Positions 1 to 12,680 of a DNA stretch of 64,000 nt are shown here, in pieces; within the stretch, counting starts at the first letter, position 1; the number at the start of each line of letters is the position of its first letter. Location: NCBI RefSeq assembly GCF_964194025.1, contig NC_134468.1, positions 3,224,001 to 3,288,000 on the forward strand, in the 5' to 3' direction. The translations under genes and the position numbers were made by a program. The notes under the pieces were generated by a model. The model saw nothing but the letters and a program-made list of their open reading frames with translations. It was not told where the DNA came from and made no database searches. Origin of the DNA: Convolutriloba macropyga (lineage: Eukaryota).

Positions 1-525
1 AATTTTTCTTTCTTGTTCCAGTCCCCATTTTACATTGCAATCAATTGACTGCGATGTTATGAATGTCGAACAGGGGGAGGGGCAGACTTTCTACTAAGGC
101 AGAACTGCTGAATGACAAAACCCGGCTCGAGTCGGCAAAGAACATTTCAACCTTCGATAAAGATAATTAGGATCCCCAAATGTTTTTATTGAACCCTTTA
201 CGACCCCCACCTGGGCTGACCAACCAGAGCTTTACAGTACTGAACCATTGTAAACCCATAGACTGTACATAGCCATTTTTACACTTGTACATATTATGTT
301 CAAGTCAAAATTTAGACTGATTAGTCTACTTTTCAGAGGAAAATTGGTATTCTGTTTTTAGCCTGATTTTGATCTGTCCATTTCTATTTTCATAAAATTA
401 TCAGCTTAATTAACATTATTGTATACCTCTTGTCAACCTGAAACCATTCCGTTCTAAACCTGTTTCTGCTCTGATTGTCAGCCTAAAATACACTGTTTTT
501 AATTTGTTTCAGCACTGATTGTCGG

Positions 526-645
526 TCACAACACAGGCAAATTCACACCATTCTGCATCAAATCACAGGCATGTTCACACCATTCTGCACCACACCACAG
601 GCATAATCCCACCATTCTGCATCACACCACAGGCATATCCCACCA
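526..645. repeat. Short tandem array, ~32-bp unit (cacaggcatgttcacaccattctgcaccacac), ~3.5 degenerate copies, followed by a CA/CG-rich microsatellite to ~740
   Basis: 'caccattctgca' and 'cacaggca' recur about every 32 nt. Confidence 0.75.
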
Positions 646-800
646 CACACACAGACACACACATGCACATACACATGCACACATGCACCACACACACATG
701 CACACACAAAGAGGCACACACACGCTCACGCGCGCGCGCACTGCGAAAGATTAAAAACAAGGTATTTTAGGCTGACAACATTTGCTAATTGAATAGACGA

Positions 801-1292
801 TGTGAATAAACACGTGAAGTGACCGGGGACATTGTGAAAACACCTGTAAAGTGACCCGGGATATCGTGAATACACCTGTAAAGTGACCCGAGACATCGTA
901 AATACACCTGTAAAGTGACCCGGAAAATCGTAAATACAACTGTAAAGTGACCCGGGATATCGTGAATACACCTGTAAAGTGACCCGAGACATGGTGAATA
1001 CACCTGTAAAGTGACCCGAGACATCGTGAATATACCTGTGAAGTGACCCGGGACATCGTGAATACACCTGTAAAGTGACCCGGGATATCGTGAATACACC
1101 TGTAAAGTGAACCGAGACATCGTGAATACACCTGTAAAGTGACACGGGAAATCGTAAATACACCTGTAAAGTGACCCGTGATATCGTGAATACACCTGTA
1201 AGGTGACCCAAGACATCGTAAATACACCTGTAAAGTGACCCGGGACGTCGTGAGTACACCTGTTAACTGACGGGGAAGGTCGAGAATATACC
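801..1292. repeat. Minisatellite, 32-bp unit (acacctgtaaagtgacccgggatatcgtgaat), ~15 copies; followed by an 11-bp repeat (gaacgcacccc x4-5) at ~1315-1365
   Basis: Directly visible. All three minus-strand ORFs repeat the same 32-aa period (96 nt = 3 x 32). Confidence 0.95.
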
Positions 1293-2790
1293 CGCTCTGG
1301 TTAAACAATTATGCGAACGCACCCCGAACGCTCCCCGAACGCACCCCGAACACACCCCAAACGCGCCACAGACGGATTTCGAAATATCCAGTATCAGTGA
1401 AGGTAGCAGTATGCACACAGTATGTAGTATGTATGTAGCTGTTTTAACTGGTAACGTGTCGTTACAGCTAAATGCATGCATTTTGCATTCACTTTGCATG
1501 CTTTTCTGACATGCTCAGCATGTTTCAATATGTTCAAATTTTTTACACTACTAATTTTACACTGAAATTATTCTGAACAGTCTTAATAGCTGTTTGTTTT
1601 TTTTAGGCATGATGACCAAATTTTTTTTATAAATAAGCTGTCTCAGTACTGGTTTTACAAGATAATATGGAGATACTCACGTTCAGAACTGAAATACTCT
1701 GGGTGGTAAGTCCGTGCACAAAGAAACTATGTTTTGTTATATAGCGTATGTATGGCGGCTGGAAGAAGCAAGAGTTATACGCCAATTAAAGGACGGCACA
1801 ATAGCTGCACATTATCCGATGTTTATGGTTGTTGTTGTTGTTGTTGTTGTTGTGGTTTTTGTGACTTTCTTCGCAGAGTTATTAGTCCCAGTCTTCAGGT
1901 TTTTTAATTATTATCCATTTATTTCTACAGAGATGGTAATCACTGAACGTTTGCCATGTGCAAGTGTTCTTTTCAGAGCAACTTTTATTAACTAAATGCC
2001 ACATGATTGCTATTGTTCTAATTTTCATACATCCAAAACACCAGATTAGTCTTAAATGATTGCAACTACAGAACCTATTATTAAATCGGCATCAATGTTG
2101 AAGCATAAGCTATTGCTAAGAGATAATTGCTATTAAACAAAACAACCGATGACCAACAAGTTAGGGTATAATTTAAACAGATTATCCGAGACATCCTATC
2201 GACCATCATCACGCTTCCTCTGCGTTTCAAAATTAATCACTTGAAATATCAGACTCACTTTGCAAATCCACACTTTGTTCAAGTTCAACTTCGGCCAATT
2301 GAAGCAGTGGCCTTGTTTACAAAAATTTTGTTCATTTTTAAGTACTTTCAGCAAATTTCACTATAAACCAACAAGTAGTTGCAGAACAGCTCTTAATTTA
2401 TCAATTTGAATACATGAATTCCCTAAATTTGTCTACAGCTCAGTTCGCTCCATCTTTTAGACGACCTTAAAGTCATTTAGTCATGAGGAAGGAAATAAGA
2501 ATTGACAAAAATGACAATAGGTTACACTGTTGGCGTATGCATAAAATCACTTCCTGGTCAATAAAAAATCTGTTCTTTTGACAGAAATCAACCTTAGGAA
2601 GTCTATCAACAAAATCATAATACATGCTAGCATCAGACGAGAAAGTAAAACAAAAGAGAAAAAGCGTCACAAAAAAAACAACTAGTGACGAAAGTAGAGG
2701 AGTCAATTTGACAGCGTCCCTTCTTCAACCACAGTTTCTATTGAAGTATCAACAATTTCGCTCCGCCTAAGCGTCCTTGACTCACGAATC

Positions 2791-3662
2791 ATAATCATCA
2801 TCATCGTTTTACCATTACGCGCCACAAATGTCACACAGAAACGCACTCACATGCAGCCGGTGCTGAGCAGTTTCTTTGGCAATGGTGAACAACTCCTCCT
2901 GCCACTTTTTGTGAGACCTTCTTGGGGGCTTGAGGTGTTGTTTCAGTTCTTTGCCCACAATGGTTCTCCAGTGGTTGCTTCCAGGAAGGCCCCTTGACGA
3001 GCTCAAAGTTGACGTTAGGGAGACAGTCCTCAGGCATTCTAAGAACGTGAGCCAGTCAGCTCAAGCGTCTACGTTGTATGGAGCTGTCGAGGTTCTCCAA
3101 GAAATCTTTGCCGCCCCCTCTTATCGAAACCCATCAAACTTTTCACCTCTTAGGTGCGGAGCGACCAGGTTTCGCAGGAGTAGAGAAGCACAATGATGAA
3201 ACAAGCGTTGAAGATTTTGATCTTCAAGGAGCGCGGAATGTTTTTCGAGCACCAGAACTTGTCGAGGTTCATGTAACTCTGAATGGGTTGGTCTCTGCGG
3301 GATTTCTTTTCTTGGGCTAATTCGCCGTTTAGTTTGATCGAGCTCCCCAGACAAGTGAAAAGTTTGACCAGATTGAGTTGGGCGCAGTTGCAGGATAGGA
3401 TGACGTCCTCTTGGTTGCAGCAAAATGCAGTGTTCTCTACGCTAATTTTCAGGCCACAGGACTTCGCATCAATTCTAAGGGCATCAAGAAGTATTGGGAT
3501 GTCACCAATGTTGTCATCGATTAATGAGATATCATCAGCGTAATCTAGATCTGCCATGCTTGTATAGTCCAGACTGATACCAAACTTAACAGTTTAAGGC
3601 GCGGAGATCATGATATTGTCGATGATTAAGTTGAGAAGAAAAGAGGCTAAAAGCGACCCACT
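2791..3662 (-). mobile_element. 5'-truncated, degraded RTE-type LINE (RT C-terminal half) with (ATG)n-like tail
   Basis: ORF 3150-3557: DLDYADDISL...GLKIS...FTCLGS...KIKIFNAC..VLLYSCETW. ORF 2831-3037 starts MPEDCLP (RM...RLP motif). Tail reads atcataatcatcatcatc on plus. Confidence 0.85.
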
Positions 3663-3719
3663 AATGCAGAGGATGGAACTCCTTAGGAGAGCCAAGGTAA
3701 TTTTTGTCTTTTAATACTT

Positions 3720-4000
3720 TTTGCCAGGGGAATTTAAGGAGCACTTCTTTTCAACTTATATGTAAATGACTTCCCAGATCAGGTAAATTTTTGCAGTATG
3801 CGGATGAATGCTTATTGATTCATGGTCATAAGAACTCTGATAATGTTTCAAACTCTCAGCAGGAAATCATCAAAAATTGGAAATTATTTTTGTATCAATA
3901 GGCTATACTTGAATGCCCAAAAACAGATTTATTGTTTTGCAAGGTTACCCACCATTTACAAACTTGAAAGGGCTTTCAAGATCAAAGAATAATGAAAAGG
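3720..4000 (+). pseudogene. Degraded CR1/L2-type RT fragment
   Basis: Frameshifted ...LLFNLYVNDFPDQ...QYADE read at ~3745-3810. Confidence 0.55.
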
Positions 4001-4399
4001 TTTTTAGTTTGTTCTGATAATCAAACTCCTATAAGCAACCTATTCCAATCAAAAGGAACAGCAAAATTGAATGGTCGTGGCCCAAATGCAATCTTGAAAT
4101 TTGAAATATTCAAATGTCTAGTCAACGTATCATTTCGTAAAAATAATGCTCAAACCCGAAGTTTTCCACGGATGGTGAACCAGACAGTGACCAAAAAGCA
4201 GAACTTTTAGAAGAGAGGTTGTTTCATGGTAGTCAATGAAACTGTTTTTTATAATTTGCTGTTGGTGAACCAGTTGGCAGCTATAAAAAAAGAGGACATG
4301 CTGATTTCATTATAAGTTGTAATTTCTGTATACTATACACAGGTAGTCTATAGTACAGTGAGATGCAGTAATCTAGCCGCAAGAGAATCACTAACCGAA

Positions 4400-5310
4400 C
4401 TAACTCAATCAATGACTCTCAGTCAACTCTATCTCTGATGAAATAAATTTTTGGCACCAAAAAATAACATCTAGTTTGGAACACCCAGAACTAACTTGTT
4501 TCGTATATGAAATTCTTGAATCTAAGTCAAAGCCCAACGAAGCAACATTGTTAGAAAAGTTGTCGTCTGCTGGAAGCGCAATATCGTTATTTAAGATATT
4601 TTTTCTATTAATAATCATGTAATATGTTTTATTCGAGTTGGATTGGAGTTAAGCAACACTGAACCACTTTTGCAGGATCGTAACTATCAAATCAGAAGCC
4701 CCCTGACTAATCAAAGCATGGTAAACAAAATTTATTAGTGTCATTGGCATAAAAATGATAATTGACATCAAGACGTTCAAACAGAACTTCCAGAGCAACA
4801 AGATATCATGAAAAAAGAACGCGTCCTAGATCAGATTTTTGAAGAATTATTCTCGGCATCGAATATTCACCATCACTTTTTGAAATCTTCTGCTCAGATA
4901 ACTATTTAAAAAGCCAAGCACTTTATCTTTGAAACCCAAACTTGTTACAGGAATTGGAAGTAATTCCTGATCGGGGGAGTCAAAGGCAGCTGATAGATCA
5001 TGTCCAAAATAAAACTGCTGAATGAGTTATCTAAATTGAGGAGCAAGTCATTCGTCACCTAACAAGGACTGTTTCTGTAGGAAAAAATTTCCTATAGGCA
5101 CTTTGGTATTTACTAAATAGACTGTTCTTTTCAAAGTGTTCAAGCATTTGCATAAAAACCAAGCATTCTAAAAGATTTGAAATGTAATTTAGGTTTGAGA
5201 CAAGTCAATAATTTGAATAAGTTTTTTATCAAAATTTGCTTTCTTCAAGTGGGGCTTGGCGATGGCCATTTTAAAGGACTGGGGAAACATCCCGTCATCA
5301 ACGAAAAATT
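4400..5310 (-). pseudogene. Degraded L2/CR1-type RT fragment
   Basis: Minus-strand GMFPQSFKMAIAKPHLKK (~5240-5300) and DLSAAFD (~4979-4999). Confidence 0.6.
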
Positions 5311-5599
5311 AGAATGTATCAGGTGGTCGAGAAAACAATAAACCGGAGATGAATCCTGAAGTGTGTTCATGTACAGAAATGAAAAACTTATCAGTAAAGT
5401 ATCGTTTTCGCTTTATCAGTATACTTTCAAAACTTTCGCTTGTCTTTGATTACTGTAGCCTCGCATTTGTTGTGATGCCTTGTACCCTAGCAATATTGAA
5501 AAATTCTATTGTCTGAAGTTGGGATTTCTAGGAAACGCACCACTTCTCTGCAGTTGCTGTTATTCTTAAATCATGTTTAGGATAACTTTGACACAGGGT

Positions 5600-6785
5600 C
5601 GACCACTTACTGTTGCTATCTTGATTTTATCAAGGCGTTTGACAAAGTGCCCCATTGTCATCACCTGTAAAATACGAAACTTCAGCGTTGGCAAAATCAA
5701 ACTCAGGTTTTAATCGTCCTGTCTCTTTGATCGTTAAAAATATGTAAACACCAGTGAAATTGTCAGTGACTTCTTTCCAGTTACCAGTGGTGTGCTCACG
5801 GCTCCGTCTTGGGGCCCTTTTTAACCGTTTACTTGAAATTTTTTAAAAAGTTCTCTTCTTCTCATCTATGCTGATGACAGCAGGCTCGTCAACAATGATA
5901 TTGAGATTTAAAGCAACTACAATTGGATATCAGCAGTTGTTCTGACGGAAAAGACTCTAACCACATAATTTTTTATACAAAAACGAAGCGCTTCTCCTGT
6001 CGGTGAATGAAAAACTAATAACTCTCATATTGATATTGGTAGCAAAAGCATTTCGTCTTCAAACAATTGTGAAGATCTCGGAATTTTCATCTGGTCTAAC
6101 CTACATCGGACGTATCATACATGCAAGAAATTTTCGACTTTTGGCTTCAAATTTTTCAAAATAGAGCGGACTCTTTTGTTCAATCTGAACACCGAAGTCA
6201 AGGTCAATCTCTACAGATTTTTTTTCCTCCCTGTTTTACTTTAGTCGTACGAGGTATGGTATCCTAACAAAAGGGATCTCAAAAAATAGGAAAAATTTCA
6301 ACCTCTTGTTCTAAAGTAGATCAGTTCTGAGTCATCCCAGGAAGAGCGTTTTTTGAAAACAAAGCTTCTTCCGGTATCAATTGTGCTGAAATTAAAAGAT
6401 ATTTTTTGTATTCAACAAACTGCTGAATGATAGTTTTGGCGTTTTCAAATGGGACGAGGTGCGTTTGAAACTCTTTCTCGGATACAGGCTAACAAAAAAA
6501 CTTTCGACGCCTTTCAAATTCCCAGATCCAACCTGTAAACCATTGCCACTAAATTTTGATTCGATCATGTAAATATGCTAACTTCATTCAACTGTAAACT
6601 CACTTCGCATCATTATGAGACCTACCCTGATTAAAAAGTGTGCTAAATATGAGTTCCTGAAGCTGTTTTCAAATTAGTGGAATTGCTGTACTTCCTTTTT
6701 TAGATTTTAACTTTGTTTTCAAGTACACAATGTACTAATTAAGATTTTTATTATTACTACTACAATTACTACTATTACTACTACT
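5600..6785 (+). mobile_element. Degraded 5'-truncated CR1-type LINE ending in a (TAC)n tract
   Basis: YLDFIKAFDKVPH (~5617-5655), PVTSGV..GSVLGP (~5777-5817), YADDS (~5867), DLGIFI (~6074); TAC tract at 6751-6785. Confidence 0.7.
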
Positions 6786-9700
6786 GTTTGAACACTTAAA
6801 TTCCATGAGAAATAAAGGAACAATGACAATAAGTACAAACAAGTTAATAGAATGCATATAAGTTTGAGCTTATCTGGGTTTATTTAATCCAGGAAATGCT
6901 GTTCGACAAAACTGTTGAAGCGGGATTTAGACTCTCTTTTCGCTTTCTGTCGTAAGTTGATGCAGCTCATGTTGTTCCTTGAGCAATCTTCTTCAAGTTG
7001 ATCCATCCACGTCTTGCGTTGACCCCCTGGAGCTCGTTTAGCATATCGATATTTTTCTGTCGGCTCCCAGGTGAAGGCTCGGAGCGCTAGACGATCGTCG
7101 TCCATCCTCAGGATATGGCCAAACCATTTCAGCCGTTTAATCATGATCATTGCAGAAAGTGTCGACATACGTGATCTAGCTAGTACTTCTTCATTTGTCA
7201 CCCCCTCCAGATATGAAAAACATAGTATCCTTTGCAGACAACTGGTGTGAAAGCTCTCAAGTTTCCGTTGCGTTGATTTATTCATGGTCCACGTTTCAGA
7301 GCTATATAAGACCACTGATAACACGAGAGCTCTGTATAACTTGCATTTGAGGGGAATACTAAGTTGTTTGCTCTTCCAAAGATTCTGAAAGCTCGCAAAT
7401 CGCTGTCTCCCTTCCGCCAGCTTGACACTGATTTCCTTTAGGTCACCATGTTGCAAGCTCACGAAAGAACCGGGATACTTGAAAGCTTCTACATTTTCGA
7501 ACTCCACTCCATCTCAATCGTGGACACTGCAAGAGAAAATGCGAGATCTTCCAGCCTTTTCTCTGCCGCAGTATCGTGACTCATGAATTCGTCGGCCTTT
7601 CCCAGTTGCGAATTTCCTAGTGCACTTCTGACAAGTGAGGCTTTTCTCTAGCCCAACAGACTTTGACGCGCTGTCTTCGACCCTCTTCGAATCCTTAGAC
7701 TTGCAGAATCTGGCTTCATGCACTTTGCAGCCTCTTGCAGTGTCGAAGCGACGTTTACAACCTGAACATACACAACTATCGTCATCAGAGACCGCAGATG
7801 ATCTTTTATTCGCCGTAGACACTAGATCAGCAGCCACTGACCTCTCGTCGCTGCTAACTGTCACAAGCTCAGCCTCCGCTGAACTCTTCAGTCTCAGTTT
7901 CTCACCAGCTAGTGTCTCGAACCAGCCCGCATTCTTCTTCTTGCCCACCAGCACCTCTCTGCCAATGAGTAGTCGGGATTGGTTTTCGGCCTCAATGAGA
8001 GTCCCAAAACAGCCTTTGCGGTTTCCTGTAAGAACTTCCACGTTCCTTTGAGCAATGGGTACACTGGCTCCGGGTTTTTCGCATTTAACACCCATATTCT
8101 TTGTCTTCCCAACATTGATCATTAGGCCAACAGCCTCGGCTAAAGATTCAATTCTATGTAGATTTGCTTGAACTTCGGAATCAGAGACGCCCAATAGGGC
8201 AACATCATCGGCGAAGTCAAGATCAGCAACACAGCGTCCAGTGTCGATTCCTCCTTGAACTGAATTAGCCAACACATAGTTTATCACAAGGCCAAAGAGA
8301 ATAGGCGACCATACATCACCCTGGCGAACACCAGTTTTTACGTCGAACATCTGGCCCTTCTCGCCCTCTGTCTTGATGCAGCACTTGAAGCCTTCGTAAC
8401 TGTTGCGGATGACATTCACCACTTTTTGTGGGAGCCCATAATTTTTCATTATCTTGTACATCATCTCGCGGTCCACCGAATCGAATGCAGCGCGGAAGTC
8501 AATGAAACAAAAACTGACGTCCAATTGGAAGGCCATGCATTTCTCTAGTATTTGCCTCAACGCAAACAATTGGTCAGTGCAGCCCCTGCTTTTTCGGAAT
8601 CCGCATTGTTCTTCTCTGAGCACTTGATCAAGTGCATCTTTGCATCTATTCAGGATGATTGACGCAAAAACTTTTCCAGGTACCGAGAGCAGTGAGATTC
8701 CGCGATAGTTCCCACACTCAGATCTTTTTCCTTTGCTTTTGTATAGCGGGACAACTTCTGCTAACTTCCAGTCTTGTGGAAGATTTTCTTCAGTCCAGCA
8801 CTTGTTGACAATGTCCCAAAGCCATTCAGCGATTCCAATATGCGACTTTAGCATTTCGGCAGAAATATCGTCTGGTCCACTTGCTTTACCGTTTTTCAGT
8901 TTACGCACGGCATTTAGAACCTCATCAAACCGAATTGGACCTAGGTCTATTTCAAGACTCTCGGATGCTTCCACTATGCTCAATACAGAATTGCCGCATG
9001 TCGTGGTTGGATTTAACAGATGCTTAAAGTGCTCGGTCCAACGTTCCAACCTTTCTTCTTTTGTTTTCAGAGGCTCGCCTGTGGTTGAAACTAGTTTACT
9101 TGTATGAGGACTCCACTTCCGGCATAACAGTTTTGACTCCCCAAACACTTCTTTCAGGTCACCTTTGTCTGAGTGATCTTGTATTGTTTCACTTTTGTCT
9201 TTCAGCCACTGTCTTTTGTCAGATCTTAACGCTTTTCGTACTTCTTTGCAGCAGTTAGAGAACACTAGCAGCGCCTCCGCGCTACTATGCTTCCTCAACT
9301 GTAACTCGGCCCGTTTCCTAACCAAAGCCAGCGTTTCAACTGTAATCCAGGGTTTGTGCACACGCTTTTCGGGGATGAGTAGTTTTGTTGCCGCTGCATT
9401 AAGAGCCGTTCGAAAATTTGCCCAAGATTGTTCTACGTCTTCAACAATATCGCTCTCATCAAGATAGCGTTTCACTTCTGCGCAGAAAGCTTCACGCGTG
9501 ACTTCATCGCGCAACTTGGTAGAGCAGACTTTCGGTTGACTGCGTGGCTTATGTGCCACTACTTTGAATCGCACTTCGGCAATGACCATTTCGTGATCGG
9601 TGAGAGTGGTCTTTCCCCTCCTTGTCCTAACGTTGTGCAAACAACTCCTGTGCCTCGAACCGAATAAGATATGATCTAACATCTTCTTTCGCATCTGTTG

Positions 9701-10550
9701 GTCAGGTGGGTTAAATGTATACCGGTGCACTTACCGGTGTCGAAAACAGGTTCCACCAATCAACAGGTCATGATAGACACAAAAGGGCAACAATTTTTCT
9801 GAGTTATCATTCTCCTCGCCCATTCCAAAGGGGCCTCGGCAAGGCATGTTGACATCTGATTGTTGACCAGGTTCCGCATTGAAGTCTCCGACGAGGCAGA
9901 CTCTCTCCCTTTGTTTGAAACTGGATACCAAGCTGCTCAACTGATTCCAAAAATTGTCTTTCGCTAAGTCGTCAGCTTCATTTGTGGGCGCATAACACAC
10001 AATCACAACAAGGTTAGCTCGTCTCTGAGCTGCAAACTTCACATAAGCCATTCGCTCACTAACGGCAACTTGCTCAATTAAGCTACCGGCAAGTCTTTTC
10101 GTCACTGCAATACCAACTCCTCCTTGTCTCGCTTTTGCAGTCGATAGCCAGGAGTCAGTGAGGAAGAGCTTGTGGTCGCCAAGATCTATTTCCTGCTCCT
10201 CCAGTCTCGTTTCTTGCACTCCCAGAACGTCCAACTTGTACTTCTTCAGGTCCATTTTCAGGCTTTCCAGTGAACCTGATTGAGCCAGTGTCCTGACATT
10301 GAGGGTTCCAATTCTGAGATTATTCCACGGGAGATTCTTTGCACCCCTTACCCGGGACTCGGGGCCATTTGTGTTTGAACTCATTGCATTGGGTTTTAAG
10401 GCTAATATACAACTAGTCGCGCCACCAACTAGAGGACCCTTGCCTCGTTAGCTCGGTGGTACTATGCATCTGCCCTGCGGGCAGCTGCTGCACCACTTAC
10501 CACGGGGACACCGCGGGGAGGGGAGGTTGGATTTTGCCGCGGGGAGGGGA
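6786..10550 (-). mobile_element. Near full-length RTE/RTEX-type LINE, copy 1: single APE-RT frame 10384->6884 (~1166 codons) broken by two in-frame stops (9731-9733, 7514-7516)
   Basis: APE: LRIGTLNVRTL, GVQETR, VCYAPT, VGDFNA, DHIL, TDHEMV. RT: NYRGISLLSVPGKVF, QCGFR, FIDFRAAFDSV, GVRQGDVWSP, DFADDV, FKYPGS. C-terminus: VLYSSETW, RLKWFGHILRM. The three ORF-track segments are in the same frame. The 5' end runs into an N-gap. Confidence 0.95.
10443..10530 (-). ncRNA. Candidate HDV-like self-cleaving ribozyme in the RTE 5' UTR (5' strand of P1 lost in the gap)
   Basis: Minus strand reads cctc-cc-ctccccgc-gg-tgtcccc-gtgg-[stem gtggtgca...gcagctgccc/gggcagatgc...tagtaccac]-cgagctaa-cgagg, matching the P2-P3-L3-P3'-P1'-P4-J4/2-P2' order. 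Confidence 0.55.
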
Positions 10551-10960
10551 NNNNNNNNNNNNNNNNNNNNNNNNNNNNNNNNNNNNNNNNNNNNNNNNNN
10601 NNNNNNNNNNNNNNNNNNNNNNNNNNNNNNNNNNNNNNNNNNNNNNNNNNNNNNNNNNNNNNNNNNNNNNNNNNNNNNNNNNNNNNNNNNNNNNNNNNNN
10701 NNNNNNNNNNNNNNNNNNNNNNNNNNNNNNNNNNNNNNNNNNNNNNNNNNNNNNNNNNNNNNNNNNNNNNNNNNNNNNNNNNNNNNNNNNNNNNNNNNNN
10801 NNNNNNNNNNNNNNNNNNNNNNNNNNNNNNNNNNNNNNNNNNNNNNNNNNNNNNNNNNNNNNNNNNNNNNNNNNNNNNNNNNNNNNNNNNNNNNNNNNNN
10901 NNNNNNNNNNNNNNNNNNNNNNNNNNNNNNNNNNNNNNNNNNNNNNNNNNNNNNNNNNNN

Positions 10961-12467
10961 NAATTCCATAAAGAAATAAAGGAACAATGGCAATAAGTAC
11001 AAACAAGTTAATAGAATGCATATAGGTTTGAGCTTATTTGCGTTTATTTAATCCAGGAAATGCTGTTCGACAAAACTGTTGAAGCGGGATTTAGACTCTC
11101 TTTTCGCTTTCTGTCGTAAGATGATGTAGCTCATGTTGTTCCTTGAGCAATCTTCTTCAAGTTGGTCCAGCCACGTCTTGCTTTGACCCCCTGGAGCTCG
11201 TTTAGCTAAACGATATTTTTCTGTCGGCTCCCAGGTGAAAGTTTGAAGCGCTAGACGATCGCCATTCATCCTCAGGACATGGCCAAACCATTTCAACCGT
11301 TTAATCTTGATCATTGCAGAAAGTGTCGACATACGTGATCTAGCCAGTACTTCTTCATAGTATCATAGAAAAACATAGTATCCTTCGCAGACAGCTGGTG
11401 TGAAAGCTTTCAAGTTTCCGTTGCGGTGATTTATTCATGGTCCACGTTTCAGAGCTATATAAGACCACTGATAACACGAGAGCTCTGTATAACTTGCATT
11501 TGAGGGGAATACTAAGTTGTTTGCTCTTCCAAAGCTTCTGAAAGCTCGCAAATCGCTGTCTCCCTTCCGCCAGCTTGACACTGATTTCCTTTAGGTCACC
11601 ATGTTGCAAGCTCACGAAAGAACCGGGATACTTGAAAGCTTCTACATTTTCGAACTCCACTCCATCTCGATCTTGGACATTGCAAGAGAAAATGCGAGGC
11701 CTTCCAGCCTTTTCTCTGCCGCAGTATCGTGACTCATGAATTCGTCGGCCTTTCCCAGTTGCGAATTTCCTAGTGCACTTCTGACAAGTGAGGCTTTTCT
11801 CTAGCCCAACAGACTTTGACGCGCTGTCTTCGACCCTCTTCGAATCCTTAGACTTGCAGAATCTGGCTTCATGCACTTTGCAGTCTCTTGCAGTGTCGAA
11901 GCGACGTTTACAACCTGAACATACACAACTATCGTCATCAGAGACCGCAGATGATCTTTTATTCGCCGTAGACACTAGATCAGCAGCCACTGACCTCTCG
12001 TCGCTGCTAACTGTCACAAGCTCAGCCTCCGCTGAACTCTTCAGTCTCAGTTTCTCACCAGCTAGTGTCTCGAACCAGCCCGCATTCTTCTTCTTGCCCA
12101 CCAGCACCTCTCTGCCAATGAGTAGTCGGGATTGGTTTTCGGCCTCAATGAGAGTCCCAAAACGGCCTTTGCGGTTTCCTGTAAGAACTTCCACGTTCCT
12201 TTGAGCAATGGGTACACTGGCTCCGGGTTTTTCGCATTTAACACCCATATTCTTTGTCTTCCCAACATTGATCATTAGGCCAACATCATCGGCGAAATCA
12301 AGATCAGCAACACAGCGTCCAATGTCGATTCCTCCTTGAACTGAATTAGCCAACACATAGTTTATCACAATGTCAAAGAGAATAGGCGACCATACATCGC
12401 CCTGGCGAACACCAGTTTTTACGTCGAACATCTGGCCCTTCTTGCCCTCTGCCTTGACGCAGCACTT
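10961..12467 (-). mobile_element. RTE-type LINE, copy 2: 5'-truncated, nearly identical to copy 1, with small internal deletions
   Basis: Near identity to 6800-8386, including the KOW/zinc-finger insert. DFADDV is joined directly to GLMINVG by a deletion. Confidence 0.93.
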
Positions 12468-12680
12468 TCTACTGCTGCTACTACTACTACTGCTGCTGCT
12501 ACTACTACTACAACTACTACTACTACTATANNNNNNNNNNNNNNNNNNNNNNNNNNNNNNNNNNNNNNNNNNNNNNNNNNNNNNNNNNNNNNNNNNNNNN
12601 NNNNNNNNNNNNNNNNNNNNNNNNNNNNNNNNNNNNNNNNNNNNNNNNNNNNNNNNNNNNNNNNNNNNNNNNNNNNNNNN

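Noticed and set aside
254-272. cccatagactgtacatag resembling cccataggactgtatag at ~60643 as transposon termini
   Set aside because: Same orientation, 60 kb apart and too short, with no matching inverted partner found.
801-1292. CRISPR-like array, or three overlapping repetitive proteins
   Set aside because: Contiguous 32-bp units with no unique spacers, no cas genes and a eukaryotic context. The ORFs arise because the unit has no stop codon on that strand.
7635-9667. Plus-strand ORFs antisense to the RTE ORF (and similar ones opposite CRE, CR1 and FUT8)
   Set aside because: Shadow frames of real coding sequence, with no recognisable domains.
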